A stretch of 64,000 nt of DNA, taken from assembly GCA_963776245.1 (NCBI GenBank), contig CAVZLN010000009.1, positions 128,001 to 192,000 of the forward strand, in the 5' to 3' direction. The translations under genes were made by a program, and so were the position numbers. The first letter of the stretch is position 1. Every line of letters begins with the position of its first letter. The notes beneath the pieces were generated by a model. The model had not been told where the DNA came from, did not search any database, and saw only the letters and a program-made list of their open reading frames with translations. This document shows positions 10,551 to 21,203 of this stretch, one piece after another. Origin of the DNA: Candidatus Eiseniibacteriota bacterium. GTDB taxonomy: Bacteria > Eisenbacteria > RBG-16-71-46.

Positions 10551-11674
10551 GGTGTCCTCCCGAAGCGCGTGAGCGCCTGCCAGAGCAGCGGCAGGTGACG
10601 CGGGCGCAGGCTGCCGAGCAGCTTCGCCACGCGGTCCAGCCGGCCCTGCCGCAGGTAGGTCCCGAGACTCTGCAGCTCGTAACGCAACAGCGTGGGCGCC
10701 GACTCCGCGGCGAAGCGCCCGGCCGCGTCGTCGAGGCCGGCCGAGAGCCGGGCCAGCCGTTCGTGCAGCCGCTCGGCGCGTGCCGCGGAGGCCGCGCGCG
10801 GCACCCCATCGCCGTCGATCTCGAACGGCTCCACGCTCAGACCGTGCGCCTCGGCCACCTCGACCGTGAACACCCCGGCGAGCCGGCGCACGTCGACCGC
10901 GACCTGGGCCTCGAAGTCGCCCGCGCCGGGATGGAACACCAGGTCGCCGAGACTGTACAGCGTGAGGGCGCGCCCCTCGCGTCGCGCCCCCTGGATGACG
11001 TGGGGATGATGCCCGAGCACCACGTCGGCGCCGCCGGCGGCGAGCACGCGCGCCAGTTCGAGCACGCGCGGCGGCGGGTAGTCCACGTACATCGAGCCCC
11101 AGTGCACGCTCGCCACCAGCACATCCGCGGCGGGGCGCCAGCGCGCCAGGTCCTCGCGCACCATCTCCGCTTCGAGCGGCGCGGTGCCGGGGGTGCCGGG
11201 CCCCGCGCGGCCCGCGGTCGAAGCGCTCCACGCCAGCACCACGACCCGCACGCCCCGCACCTCGAGGCGCGCCGGCGCGCGCGCCGCGTCGAGGTCGCGT
11301 CCGGCGCCGGCGGTCGCCAGTCCGGCAGCCGCGCACGCGTCGAGCGTGGCCACGAGCCCGCGCGCGCCGCAGTCCATCATGTGATTGTTGGCCAGCGACA
11401 CGACGCCCACCCCGGCGCGCGCCAGCGCGGCGGGCACCCGCGCGTCGAGCCAGAACTCGGGCGCCCGTCCGGGCTCCACCCACGCCGCGTGGCCGACCGG
11501 GAGCTCGAGGTTGGCGAACCCGAGGTCGGCCGCGCGGAGCGCCGGAGCGACCTCGGCGAACACCGCGTCCTCGCCATGAGCGGCGGCGAACGCGCGCAGC
11601 CGGCCATGCACCGCGATGTCCCCCGCCGCGGCGATCCGCAGGCGGACCGCGCCGGCGGGCTCAAGCAGCCGCAT
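10547..11674 (-). CDS. CapA/PgsA-family metallophosphoesterase-like protein
   Basis: AAGDI, ANLE, SLANNHMMDCG, SVHWG, GHHPHV, YSLGD motifs. Confidence 0.9.
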   Translation of the reverse strand: MRLLEPAGAVRLRIAAAGDIAVHGRLRAFAAAHGEDAVFAEVAPALRAADLGFANLELPVGHAAWVEPGRAPEFWLDARVPAALARAGVGVVSLANNHMMDCGARGLVATLDACAAAGLATAGAGRDLDAARAPARLEVRGVRVVVLAWSASTAGRAGPGTPGTAPLEAEMVREDLARWRPAADVLVASVHWGSMYVDYPPPRVLELARVLAAGGADVVLGHHPHVIQGARREGRALTLYSLGDLVFHPGAGDFEAQVAVDVRRLAGVFTVEVAEAHGLSVEPFEIDGDGVPRAASAARAERLHERLARLSAGLDDAAGRFAAESAPTLLRYELQSLGTYLRQGRLDRVAKLLGSLRPRHLPLLWQALTRFGRTP

Positions 11675-12815
11675 CGGGCCCTCCCGCCGCCGTCGGCCGG
11701 CCGGCCTCGGCCAGCGCCGCGCGATAGAGCGCCTCGGTCTCGCGCACCATGCGCGCGGCGGTGAAGCGCTCCTCCCAGCGTGCCCGCGCCGCCCGGCCCA
11801 TCGCGGCGCGCCCCGCGGCGTCATCGATCAGCCCCCCGAGCGCCGCGGCGAGCGCGGGGACGTCGTCCACGGGAGTGACCCGGCCGGTGACGCCGTCCTC
11901 CACCGCCTCCGCGCACCCGCCGATGTCGGTCACCACCGCCGCCCGGCCGGCGCGCATCCCCTCGAGCAGCGTCACCGAGAGCCCCTCGCGCACCGACGAC
12001 AGCGCGAACACGTCGCACGCCTCCATCAGGTCGGCGATGTCGCCGCGCGCGCCCAGCAGCCGCACGCGGTCCCCCAGCCCGAAGGCCGCGGCGCGCTGCT
12101 CGAGCATTCCGCGCAACGGCCCCTCGCCCGCGATCAGCAGGCGGGCGCCGGCCCGCGCGCGCGCCGCGACGGCGAACGCCTCGAGCAGCACGTGCTGCGC
12201 CTTCTGGGGCGTCAGGCTGCCGACCGCGAGCACCGCCACGTCGGCGCTCGCCAGCCCGAGCGACGCGCGCACCTCCTCGCGCGGGCGGGTGGGCGGAGCG
12301 GGCGCGACCCCGTTGGTCACCGTGACGAATCGCCGCGCCGCCCACGGCAGTCGGCGGACATGGCTGGCGCGCACCGCCTCGCACACGCACACCACGCGGC
12401 GCGTGAGGACGGTCGCCAGCCGCTCGAGCAGCGGATAGAGGACCGAGTGGCGTCCGGGGTAGTGCAGGCTGTGCTCGGTGCGCACCACCACCGGCACCCC
12501 GGCGAGGCAGGCGCCCAGCAGACCATAGAGCGCCCCGGTCGGATTGTGTCCGTTCACCACCTCGATCCGGCGCTCGCGCAGCTCGCGCGCCAGGTCGAAG
12601 GGGGCGAGCAGTCGGTGGAGCGCCGGGTGGCGCCCCGGGCGCCTCACCACCCGCACGGTCGCGCCCAGGGCACGCGCCTGCTCGAGCGCCGGGCCGCCGC
12701 GGTTGAGGGCGATCAGCGTGGTCTCCACGCCCGGCGCCGCGCAGCGCACGTGCTCGACCAGCAGGGACTCCGCCCCGCCGGTATGCATCGCCTCGATGAC
12801 GTGCGCGACCCTCAT
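11661..12815 (-). CDS. Glycosyltransferase family 4
   Basis: MRVAHVIEAMHTGGAE; VGSLTPQKAQ; SSVREGLSVTLLEGM. Confidence 0.9.
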   Translation of the reverse strand: MRVAHVIEAMHTGGAESLLVEHVRCAAPGVETTLIALNRGGPALEQARALGATVRVVRRPGRHPALHRLLAPFDLARELRERRIEVVNGHNPTGALYGLLGACLAGVPVVVRTEHSLHYPGRHSVLYPLLERLATVLTRRVVCVCEAVRASHVRRLPWAARRFVTVTNGVAPAPPTRPREEVRASLGLASADVAVLAVGSLTPQKAQHVLLEAFAVAARARAGARLLIAGEGPLRGMLEQRAAAFGLGDRVRLLGARGDIADLMEACDVFALSSVREGLSVTLLEGMRAGRAAVVTDIGGCAEAVEDGVTGRVTPVDDVPALAAALGGLIDDAAGRAAMGRAARARWEERFTAARMVRETEALYRAALAEAGRPTAAGGPDAAA

Positions 12816-14035
12816 CCTCCCTCCCGCGCGACCGGCACGCCGTTCCAGAGCGCGAACAGCCGCCCGAAGGCGCGCTCGACGTCGAAGCGCTCGCGTGCGA
12901 GGCGGTGCGCCTCCTCCCCCATCCGGTCGGCCACCGCCGGGTGGTCGATCCACGCGGCCAGCGCGGCCGCGATCCCCTCCACGTCCTCGGGATCGGCGAG
13001 CGCGCCGGTCACCCCCGGATCGATGGCCTCCTCGAGCCCGGCGGCCCGGGTGCCGAGGCACGGCACCCCCATCGCCATCGCCTCGATGACCACGTTGGGG
13101 ATGCCGTCGCGTCTTCCGTTCGCCATCACGCGGCTGGGGGCGAGCAGGGCCCAGGCGCGCCGGTACCACGGCAGGATGCCGTCGTGCGTGAGCGCGCCGG
13201 TGAACGTCACGCGGCCACCCACGCCCTCGGCGTGCGCCAGGGCCTCGAGCGCCGCGCGCTGCGGTCCGTCCCCGATCACCACCAGCCGCGCGTTCCGGCC
13301 GCCGCGGGCAAGCGAGCCCAGCGCCCTCACCGCGAGGTCGAAGCCTTTGGGAGGCGCGAGCCGGCCGACCACCACGAACAGGGGCTCGGGGTCCCGCGCG
13401 CGCCCCGCGCCGTCGAAGCGCGCGAGGTCCACCCCGTGGTAGATCCACTCGACGCGGGCGCGCGGGCCCGCGAGCTCGCGCAGCAGCTCGGCGTTCCCGC
13501 GCACGCACGCGCTCACGAACACCGCCGCGCGCGCCTTCTGCGCCAGGAACGCGCGCGTGCGGTAGAGGTCCGCCCCGGCGTGCGCCGCCATCGTGAAGGG
13601 CCGGCCGGTGAGCCGCGCCGCGAGGTGGGCCGCGCTGGCCGGGAAGTGCGCCCACGCGCCGTGCACCACGTCGAGGTCCTCGCGCTCCACTTCCGACGCG
13701 ATGCGCGCCGCGGCCGGCAGATAGCCGAGGTGGCCGGCCAGCGCGTACCCGCTGGCGCGCGAGGCCCACAGCAGGCGCGCGACCTCGGGCAGCAGCACGT
13801 GCGGCCGTCGCACCAGCCAGCCGAGCAGCGCGGCCCACGACGCCGGGTCGAGTGGCGAGCCGACCGGCCGCACCAGCTCCACCAACGCGGCGTGCTGCGG
13901 CTGGAACCGCGTGCCGACCCGGCCCAGCGCGTACACCCTCACGCGCACCCCGCGCGCCACCAGCCGGTGCACCTCGTTCTCGAGGAACGCGGCGAGGGTG
14001 GGGAACGTGGTGGTCACGTAGGCGATCGACCTCAC
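12812..14035 (-). CDS. Glycosyltransferase family 4
   Basis: IAYVTTTFP; VGRLAPPKGF; DGIPNVVIEAMAMG. Confidence 0.9.
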   Translation of the reverse strand: MRSIAYVTTTFPTLAAFLENEVHRLVARGVRVRVYALGRVGTRFQPQHAALVELVRPVGSPLDPASWAALLGWLVRRPHVLLPEVARLLWASRASGYALAGHLGYLPAAARIASEVEREDLDVVHGAWAHFPASAAHLAARLTGRPFTMAAHAGADLYRTRAFLAQKARAAVFVSACVRGNAELLRELAGPRARVEWIYHGVDLARFDGAGRARDPEPLFVVVGRLAPPKGFDLAVRALGSLARGGRNARLVVIGDGPQRAALEALAHAEGVGGRVTFTGALTHDGILPWYRRAWALLAPSRVMANGRRDGIPNVVIEAMAMGVPCLGTRAAGLEEAIDPGVTGALADPEDVEGIAAALAAWIDHPAVADRMGEEAHRLARERFDVERAFGRLFALWNGVPVAREGG

Positions 14036-15159
14036 GCGCCCCTCCGCGCCACCCGGGTGTAGAACGCCTCGTGACGGCGCGCCATGACCTCGATGCTCAT
14101 GCCATCCTCGACCGCGCGGCGCGCCGCGGTCGCGCGGCGCCGCGCTTCTTCGGGACGCGCCAGCGCGTCGCCGAGCGCCGCCGCGAGCGCCCCCGGCTCG
14201 CGCGCCGGCACCAGCCACCCGGTCGCGCCATCGCGCAGCACCTCGGGGGTCCCTCCGACCGCCGTCGCCACCGCCGGGCGGCCGGCGGCCATCGCCTCGA
14301 GCAGCGCGTTGGGGATGCCCTCCTCGCGCGACGAGAGCACGAACACGTCCATCGCCGCCAGCAGGCGCTCGACATCGGCGCGCTCGCCCAGGAAGCGCAC
14401 GCGCTCGGCGAGGCCGAGGCGGCGGGCGTGCGCCTCGAGCGCGGCGCGATCCGGGCCCTCGCCCACCAGCGCGGCGGTGAAGTCGGTGCCGCGACCGGCC
14501 AGCGCCGCCAGCGCTTCGAGCAGGGTGCCGTGGTCCTTGCGCGGCGCCAGGCATCCCACGGTGCCGATGAGCGGCACGCCCTCGCGCCCGCCCAGTTCCG
14601 CGCGCGGCGCCGCCGCGACGTCGAAGCGCGCGACGTCCACCCCATTGGGGATCACGGTGATGCGCTCGCGGGGCACGCCCAGCGCCACCACCGTGACCGC
14701 CACCGCCTCGCTCACCGCGGTGACGTGGGTGGCCCAGCGATGCGCGAGGCGCTGGAGCGCCACCTGCCGCGGGCTCTCGAACGCGTCGACGTTGCGCTTG
14801 GCCACCGCCACCACCCGCACGCCGCACAGGCGCCCGGCGAGCACCGCGAACAGGTTCGGGCCGAACAGGTAGCCGTGCACCACGTCGGGGCGGAAGCGCA
14901 TCACCCGGCCCACCAGCCGTCCGAGGCCACGCAGCCCGGCGGGACCGTAGATGCGCCGCCCGACGCCGAGGTCGTGCACCGGCCAGCCGAGTGCGCGCAC
15001 CTCGGCGGCGAACTGCCCCTCGGCGCGGAAACACGCGATCTCGACCGCGAAGCGCTCGCGATCGAGGCGCTTCCACAGTTCGAGCAGGTGCCGCTCCGCG
15101 CCCCCGGCGACGAAGTTGCCGACCACGTAGAGGATGCGGATGCGCGCGGCCGCGCTCAT
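14032..15159 (-). CDS. Glycosyltransferase family 4
   Basis: ILYVVGNFVAGGAE; LAPRKDH; SSREEGIPNALLEAMAAG. Confidence 0.9.
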   Translation of the reverse strand: MSAAARIRILYVVGNFVAGGAERHLLELWKRLDRERFAVEIACFRAEGQFAAEVRALGWPVHDLGVGRRIYGPAGLRGLGRLVGRVMRFRPDVVHGYLFGPNLFAVLAGRLCGVRVVAVAKRNVDAFESPRQVALQRLAHRWATHVTAVSEAVAVTVVALGVPRERITVIPNGVDVARFDVAAAPRAELGGREGVPLIGTVGCLAPRKDHGTLLEALAALAGRGTDFTAALVGEGPDRAALEAHARRLGLAERVRFLGERADVERLLAAMDVFVLSSREEGIPNALLEAMAAGRPAVATAVGGTPEVLRDGATGWLVPAREPGALAAALGDALARPEEARRRATAARRAVEDGMSIEVMARRHEAFYTRVARRGA

Positions 15160-16163
15160 GACGTCCCCGCCGCCGCGGCGCGCAGGTGGTCGAACGTGCC
15201 GTCGAGTTCCGCCAGCGCCAGCCGGGCGGAGAAGCGCCCGCCGGGTCCGAGGCAGGCGCCATCGGAGAGTCCGCGGCGCGAGAGCGCGTGCGGCGGGTCC
15301 GCGGCCCGCACATCCCCGCGCCGCGTGGTGACCGCGTGCGCGAGGCCGAGCTCGTGGCAGGCCCGCAGCGAGCGCGCGTCGTGATCGCCCGCCGGGTAGG
15401 CGAACCCGGTGGGACGCGTGCCGAGGCGGCGCTCGATGAGCGCGCACGAGCCGCCGATCTCCTCGACCTGCTCGGGATACTCCAGGGTGGTGAGGAACGG
15501 ATGGGTGAGCGTGTGGGCGCCGATCTCCATCCCCGCCTCGGACAGTCGGGCGAGTTCGTCCCAGCTCGCGAGCTCGCAGGGCGCGGGCGCGTCCACGCCG
15601 AGGTCGCGGCGCAGCGCGTCGAGCCAGGCTCGCTGACGCTCGGGGCCGACCCGCAGCTGGGCGAGCCCGGCCTGCAGCAGCGCCGCCCGGTCCGCCGGAC
15701 GGCGGGGGCCGGGTGTGACCGCCACGCCGGTGGTCCGCGCGGTGGGGTGGGTCACGCCCGCGCGCTCGATCGCGTGGGCGAGCACGTCCCACCACGGCGC
15801 GCGGCGCTCCTCGATCAAGCCGGCGGTGAGGTAGAAGGTCGCCCGGGCGCCGTGGCGCACGAGCAGGGGCAGCGCCCGCTGCACGTTGTCGGCGTAGCCA
15901 TCGTCGAACGAGAACGCCACCCAGCGCCCGCGGCCCTCCGCCAGCCGCGCCAGTCCCTCGCTCACGGTGAGTGGCGCCAGCCCGGCGCGCGCCAGCATCG
16001 CCAGCTGGTCCTCGAACACCGGCGCGCTCACCCCCAGCCGGTAGAGCGGGCGGTCCCCCGCGGCGTACACACGGTGATGACGCACGATGGTGAGCGTGGC
16101 CTCGCCGGCGGGGCGCGGACGATGGACGAGAGCCAGCAGCCAGCGCGCCAGCCGGCCACTCAC
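15156..16163 (-). CDS. Polysaccharide deacetylase (CE4/NodB family)
   Basis: FSFDDGYADN; EIGAHTLTHP; FAYPAG. Confidence 0.9.
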   Translation of the reverse strand: MSGRLARWLLALVHRPRPAGEATLTIVRHHRVYAAGDRPLYRLGVSAPVFEDQLAMLARAGLAPLTVSEGLARLAEGRGRWVAFSFDDGYADNVQRALPLLVRHGARATFYLTAGLIEERRAPWWDVLAHAIERAGVTHPTARTTGVAVTPGPRRPADRAALLQAGLAQLRVGPERQRAWLDALRRDLGVDAPAPCELASWDELARLSEAGMEIGAHTLTHPFLTTLEYPEQVEEIGGSCALIERRLGTRPTGFAYPAGDHDARSLRACHELGLAHAVTTRRGDVRAADPPHALSRRGLSDGACLGPGGRFSARLALAELDGTFDHLRAAAAGTS

Positions 16164-17602
16164 GCCGCCTCCGCGCGGCGCTCGAGCAGCGCGTCGCTCA
16201 CCAGCGCGCACAGGATCCAGAAGTTCCCGGTGATGAGGATGGAGAGAAAACGATCGCCGAAGGCGCACGACACCGCCATCGCCAGCGTGGCGGCGCTCAC
16301 CCCCACGGCGATCTGGCGGTCGAACGGGTCCCGGGCCAACCGCGCGCCCTCGATCCCCAGCTTCCAGCAGCGCCACAGCAGCACGAGGAAGGTGATCAGA
16401 CCGACGATCCCCAGCTCGGCCAGCATGCGCAGGTAGGTGTTGTGCGCCGAGTCCTTGACCTCCAGCCCGAGCGCATCGCCGGTGTCCGGCAGCACGTACC
16501 CGAGGCCGCAGTATCCGACACCGTCGAGCGGATGCCCGGTGATCACGTCGGCGATGGCGCGCCACGTATCGATGCGGGCCTGTGCCGAACCCTCCAGCTG
16601 TTCCTCGTCGGTGCCCGCACTCTCGACCTGGGTGCCGGTGATGCGCTCCACGACGTAGTCCGGGATCCACCACGGCGAGGTGACGAGCGCGACGAGCAGC
16701 AGCACGGTGAGCAGACGGGACGAGCGGAACACCGCGTAACCGAGCGCGAGCGTGAGTGCGAGCAACCCGCCCCGCGACACCGTCAGGATGGTGGCGAAGG
16801 TACCGCACACCACTGCCCCGGCGAGCACCACGCGGCCCGCCCAGCGGCGCGTCGCCGGCAGGAGCGCGATCGCGAACGCGGTGAACATGGCGAGGAACGC
16901 CCCCAGTTCGTTGGACTGGCCGATCGAGCCCTCGGCGCGCCCGCCGCCGCCCGTGCGCCCATACACGATGGTCACGATCGACTCGGCGAGCAACCCGAGC
17001 ACGACCGCCCAAGCCAAAGATCGGCGGTCCTTCGCGCCGCGCGTCATGGACAGAGCGACGAAGTAGGTGGAAAACGTCATCACCGCGCGGAACACCTGCA
17101 CGCCGGCTTCGTTCCCGTCGTACCCGTACCCGGTGGGCACCGCCAGGCCGCGCACCACTGAGAGCGCGATCAGGCCCAGCAGGAGCATCAGGACACGACC
17201 GATGGGGCCCTGCCGCAGCACCGACTCGCGCCGCCTCACCCGCTGGAGCGCGAACCCGGAGAACACCGAGAACATGAGCATGTTGAGCGGGTTGAGACCG
17301 GGCACCGGCAGCACCGGCAGCCACGGCAGGAAGGGCGTGACGATCGGCAGCAGCAGGAGGCCGAAGCGCGGCTTGGTCAGGACCCCGACCACCACCGCGG
17401 CGCCCGCGACGATCTTCACCACCCGGTGTGGGTCCTGCTGGAAGGTGTAGTCGAGCAGCACGAGCGCCGCGATCACGGTCACCGCCACCAGCGAGCCCGC
17501 CACCGCCACCAGCCAGCCCGAGAGCCCCTCGGCCTGGCGGCGGGCGGCCTCGCGCAGCTCGTCCACCTGCGCGTCGCGCGGCGGATGCGGATCGAAGCTC
17601 AT
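16160..17602 (-). CDS. Wzy polymerase / O-antigen ligase family membrane protein
   Basis: Multi-TM; SNELGAFL; TVSRGG; HPLDGVG; AHNTYLRMLAELGIVG. Confidence 0.88.
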   Translation of the reverse strand: MSFDPHPPRDAQVDELREAARRQAEGLSGWLVAVAGSLVAVTVIAALVLLDYTFQQDPHRVVKIVAGAAVVVGVLTKPRFGLLLLPIVTPFLPWLPVLPVPGLNPLNMLMFSVFSGFALQRVRRRESVLRQGPIGRVLMLLLGLIALSVVRGLAVPTGYGYDGNEAGVQVFRAVMTFSTYFVALSMTRGAKDRRSLAWAVVLGLLAESIVTIVYGRTGGGGRAEGSIGQSNELGAFLAMFTAFAIALLPATRRWAGRVVLAGAVVCGTFATILTVSRGGLLALTLALGYAVFRSSRLLTVLLLVALVTSPWWIPDYVVERITGTQVESAGTDEEQLEGSAQARIDTWRAIADVITGHPLDGVGYCGLGYVLPDTGDALGLEVKDSAHNTYLRMLAELGIVGLITFLVLLWRCWKLGIEGARLARDPFDRQIAVGVSAATLAMAVSCAFGDRFLSILITGNFWILCALVSDALLERRAEAA

Positions 17603-18600
17603 GCCGCCCGCCCGCGCGAGTCGCGCAGCACCACGCGCCGCACCGCCGCCATCGGCGCCGCGCTGCGCTTGGCCCAGTCGCGCCGCCGCAGCCGGCCCAG
17701 CCAGCGCGGAGGCAGGATGCTGGCGGCCGCCAGCGCGGTCACCGCCAGCGCTCGCTCCGGGAACAGCCACGCGCGCGCGAGATGGTCGCGGGCCTCGGAG
17801 CGCCGGCCCTCGCGCAGGTCCGCGAGCGCCAGCTTGAAGTGGGCGAGCGCCTCGCGCCGGCGCGCAACGCGGCGCAGCGGCGCCGCCAGTGCCGGGTCGG
17901 CGGCCAGCCGCCGGAACAGGGCCACGTCACCGCCGAGGCGCGCCTCGATCTGGCGCGTCAGCCCGCCCGCGCGGTGCTGGTAGCGCACCAGCGCGCGGCG
18001 CGACGCCGCCGCCGGCCAGCGGCGCGCGAGCCGGATCCAGAGATCGAGATCCTCCGCGTGACTGAGCTCCGGATCGAACCCGCCGGTCTCCTCGAGCGCG
18101 GTGCGGCGCACCACGGTGGAGGAGGTGAGCACGAAGTTGACCTCGAGCAGCTCGGCCACCGGCTGGCCGAGGTAGCCCTCCGGCAGTTCCGCGTAGGGCT
18201 CCAGCCAGGACGCGCGCAGTTCGCCGTCGAGGGATCGGAAGGCGCCGTCGCTGAAGAACCACGCCGCCTCGGGCGCGTCCGCGAGCGCCGTGTCCGCGAT
18301 CGCGAGCTTCTCGGGGAACCACACGTCGTCCGCGTCGAGGAAGGCGATCCACGCCGAGCGCGCCGCGCGCCAGCCGGCATTGCGCGCGGCCGCGGCGCCG
18401 TCGAAGCGGCCGCGCACCACGCGCACGGCGTCCCCGAAGCGCTCCCTCACCACGTCCCCGGTGCCGTCGGTGGACGCATCGTCCACCACGATCACCTCGG
18501 AAGGGGCGCGGGTCTGGGCCAGCGCGGACGCCACCGCCTCGAGCACGTCGGGCAGCCCGTCGCGCGCCGGGATCACCGCCGCGAAGTCGCGCCCGGTCAC
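17599..18600 (-). CDS. Glycosyltransferase family 2
   Basis: VIVVDDASTDGT; ARNAG; AFLDADD; EDLDLWIRL. Confidence 0.9.
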   Translation of the reverse strand: MTGRDFAAVIPARDGLPDVLEAVASALAQTRAPSEVIVVDDASTDGTGDVVRERFGDAVRVVRGRFDGAAAARNAGWRAARSAWIAFLDADDVWFPEKLAIADTALADAPEAAWFFSDGAFRSLDGELRASWLEPYAELPEGYLGQPVAELLEVNFVLTSSTVVRRTALEETGGFDPELSHAEDLDLWIRLARRWPAAASRRALVRYQHRAGGLTRQIEARLGGDVALFRRLAADPALAAPLRRVARRREALAHFKLALADLREGRRSEARDHLARAWLFPERALAVTALAAASILPPRWLGRLRRRDWAKRSAAPMAAVRRVVLRDSRGRAA

Positions 18601-19598
18601 CGCGCGTCCTCGCGGCCGGTGACGCCGAGGTAGCGCACGCGCCGGCGCGCGCGCCGCACCGTGCGCTTGAGCCAGCCGGAGCGCATCAGCCGCGGCAGCA
18701 GCGCATCGGGCAGGACCGACGCGCCGAGCGCCATCACCCGCCGGCCGAGCGGACCTCCCGCGGCCGCGCGGCGCAGCCGCACGCGGGCTTCGCGCCGGCG
18801 CCCCGAGCGCAGGCAGCCGACCGCCAGGTCGAACTCGATCGCCGCCGCCCGCGCCGCCGCGATCCGGCGCTCGGCCGGGCGCCGGCCCATCTCGCCCGCC
18901 GCGATGCGGCGCATCAGCGCCAGGTCGTCGAGAAAACGACCATCGAGGCGGCGGGAGAGCTGGCCGGGGTGCGTGAAGTACCCCACCAGCCGGTCCTCGA
19001 GTACGGCGCCGGGCGCGCGCGCGGCGACCCGCAGCCACAGGTCGTAGTCGTGGGAGTGCACGATGGAGGGATCCATGCCGCCGACCGCGTCGTACAGGCC
19101 GCGCTCGATCATGGTGCTGCTGGTGAGCGGGAAGCAGCGCTCCACCAGCGGCGGGAACAGATCGCCCACCAGCGTGCGCACCGGACGGAAGTAGTCCTCG
19201 AGCCACGACTCCCGGACCACTCCCTCGGCCGAGAACAGCCACCCGTCGCTGCACAGCCAGCGCACCTCGGGATGCTGGGCGAGGAATCCCAGCTGACGCT
19301 CGAGCTTCGGCGGCGCCCACAGGTCATCGGCGTCGAGGTAAGCCACCCAATCGCCGGTGATCTGGACGGCGCCCGCGGAGCGCGCCGCGCCGGCGTTGCG
19401 ATGCGGCAGGCGCAACACGCGCACCGGCGCCGCGTAGCGCGCCTCGACCAGCTCCGCCGTGCCGTCGGTCGAGCCGTCGTCGCACACCACCACCTCGTCC
19501 GGCACCCGGCTGCCGGCCAGCACGCTGTCGAGCGCGCGCTCGACGCACCACGCGGCGTTGTACGCCGCCATCACCACGCTCACGCGCGGCGCGCTCAT
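18597..19598 (-). CDS. Glycosyltransferase family 2
   Basis: VSVVMAAYNA; DDGSTDGT; YLDADD; HDYDLWLR. Confidence 0.9.
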   Translation of the reverse strand: MSAPRVSVVMAAYNAAWCVERALDSVLAGSRVPDEVVVCDDGSTDGTAELVEARYAAPVRVLRLPHRNAGAARSAGAVQITGDWVAYLDADDLWAPPKLERQLGFLAQHPEVRWLCSDGWLFSAEGVVRESWLEDYFRPVRTLVGDLFPPLVERCFPLTSSTMIERGLYDAVGGMDPSIVHSHDYDLWLRVAARAPGAVLEDRLVGYFTHPGQLSRRLDGRFLDDLALMRRIAAGEMGRRPAERRIAAARAAAIEFDLAVGCLRSGRRREARVRLRRAAAGGPLGRRVMALGASVLPDALLPRLMRSGWLKRTVRRARRRVRYLGVTGREDAR

Positions 19599-21133
19599 CG
19601 CCCCGCCGCCGCGGCCGCGCCGCGGCCCCCGAACAGTCCCGGCATCATGCGCGCCCAGCGCCCGCGCTCCTCGGCATTCGCTCCCCAGCGCCAGGCGACG
19701 ACCGCGAACACCAGCCAGGCGCCCGCGCAGGTGCCGAACAGCGGGACCCACCCGACCGGCCGCCAGACCGCCTGGGCGACCAGCGCGGGGACCACGAACG
19801 CCGCGCTCAGGAGCCCGGGACGGACCATCCCCTCCCACAGGTAGCGCCGCAGCGGCATCCCGAGCGCCCGGCACGCGTACACCATGGTGGCCACGCCCCC
19901 GACCAGACCGAGCGGCACCGCCGTGCCCATGGCCACGCCCACGGTGCCGTAGGGCTTCACCCACAGCAGCGAGAGCCCGAGGTTCAGCAGCGCGTTGAGC
20001 AGCGAGAGCGCCACCACGCCGCGGTGGCGGCTGATGCCGTAGAGCAGCGAGGCCGCGGCGGACTGCGGGAGCGCGACCAGCGTCGGCACGGTGAGGATGG
20101 TGAGCAGGAGCCCCGCGCCGCGATAGCGCGCGCCCACCCAGGTCTCGAGCAGGTTGGAGCCGAAGATGATGAGCCCGAACAGCACCGGCCAGGCGAGCAG
20201 CACCGAGTACTTCGAGCCGGCGACGAGCATGGCGTGGAGCTTGTCCAGCTCGCCGCGCGTCTCCAGCTCGCTGGCGGTCGGGGAGAGCACCCAGGTGGCC
20301 GAGTGCACCAGCGAGCGCGCGTTGTCCACCAGCCCCGAGGCGAGCGCGAACGGGGTCACCAGCGCCGCGCCGAGGAAGCCGGTGATGACCAGCGCATCGG
20401 TCTGGAACGCGATGCTCGAGGCCAGCGCTCCGGCGAACGCGATGCCGCTGTACGAGCCGATGAGGCGCAGATGCGGGCCGTCCACCAGCCGCATCGCGTA
20501 GCGCACCCGCGGCAGCAGGCGGAACACGAACAGCGCCGAGACCACGTAGCCGAGCAGGTTGGTGATCAGCGCGGCCCACGCCAGCCCGACCAGCCCGCCG
20601 CCGAGGCGCAGCACCACGACGAACGCCACCGCGCGCACGATGCCGATGACGATCCCCACGCCGTTGGCGATGTCATAGCGCTGGAGCCCCGAGAGCGTGG
20701 CGCCGAACACCCCGAGCGGAAAGCCCAGCGCGAGCGAGACCCCGAACAGCCACACGATCTGGCTCGCCACCGGCAGCCGCGCCGGCTCGACCTTGAGCCA
20801 GCCGTGGAGCGTGCCCGCCACCACGCCGGTGGCGACCAGGGTCACCAGCCCGACCGCGGCGTAGAGCACGATCGCGCTGCTGATGGTGCGGCCCAGGCCC
20901 TCGTCGTCCCCCAGCGCGTGGTCGCGCGAGACGTAGCGGACCAGCGACGGACGGATGCCCTGGTCGAACAGCCCGAAGTACCCGGTGAGCGAGAAGACGG
21001 TCACCCACAGGCCGTAGTCCCCGTCTCCCATCAGGCGGACCATGATGGGGGTGAGGAGGAACCCGATCACCCCCGCCAGGAAGAAGCGGAGGTAGTTGGT
21101 GAGCACGTTCTTCAGGACGCGGATGCTGCGCAA
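19595..21133 (-). CDS. wzx: Wzx-type oligosaccharide flippase
   Basis: About 12-14 TM; LTPIMVRLMGDGDYGLW; D..VITGFLG; position in a Wzy-dependent cluster. Confidence 0.85.
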   Translation of the reverse strand: MRSIRVLKNVLTNYLRFFLAGVIGFLLTPIMVRLMGDGDYGLWVTVFSLTGYFGLFDQGIRPSLVRYVSRDHALGDDEGLGRTISSAIVLYAAVGLVTLVATGVVAGTLHGWLKVEPARLPVASQIVWLFGVSLALGFPLGVFGATLSGLQRYDIANGVGIVIGIVRAVAFVVVLRLGGGLVGLAWAALITNLLGYVVSALFVFRLLPRVRYAMRLVDGPHLRLIGSYSGIAFAGALASSIAFQTDALVITGFLGAALVTPFALASGLVDNARSLVHSATWVLSPTASELETRGELDKLHAMLVAGSKYSVLLAWPVLFGLIIFGSNLLETWVGARYRGAGLLLTILTVPTLVALPQSAAASLLYGISRHRGVVALSLLNALLNLGLSLLWVKPYGTVGVAMGTAVPLGLVGGVATMVYACRALGMPLRRYLWEGMVRPGLLSAAFVVPALVAQAVWRPVGWVPLFGTCAGAWLVFAVVAWRWGANAEERGRWARMMPGLFGGRGAAAAAGR

Positions 21134-21203
21134 TCCGTACGCTCCTCGGTGGGACCGCTCGCGCCGCGGTGCCGCGACGCCCTCTCCGGCGCGGGGCGCG
21201 GGT

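Noticed and set aside
10547..11674. Poly-gamma-glutamate capsule system (CapA together with gltX and gdhA)
   Set aside because: No capB/capC ligase genes; the glutamate-related genes are distant housekeeping genes.
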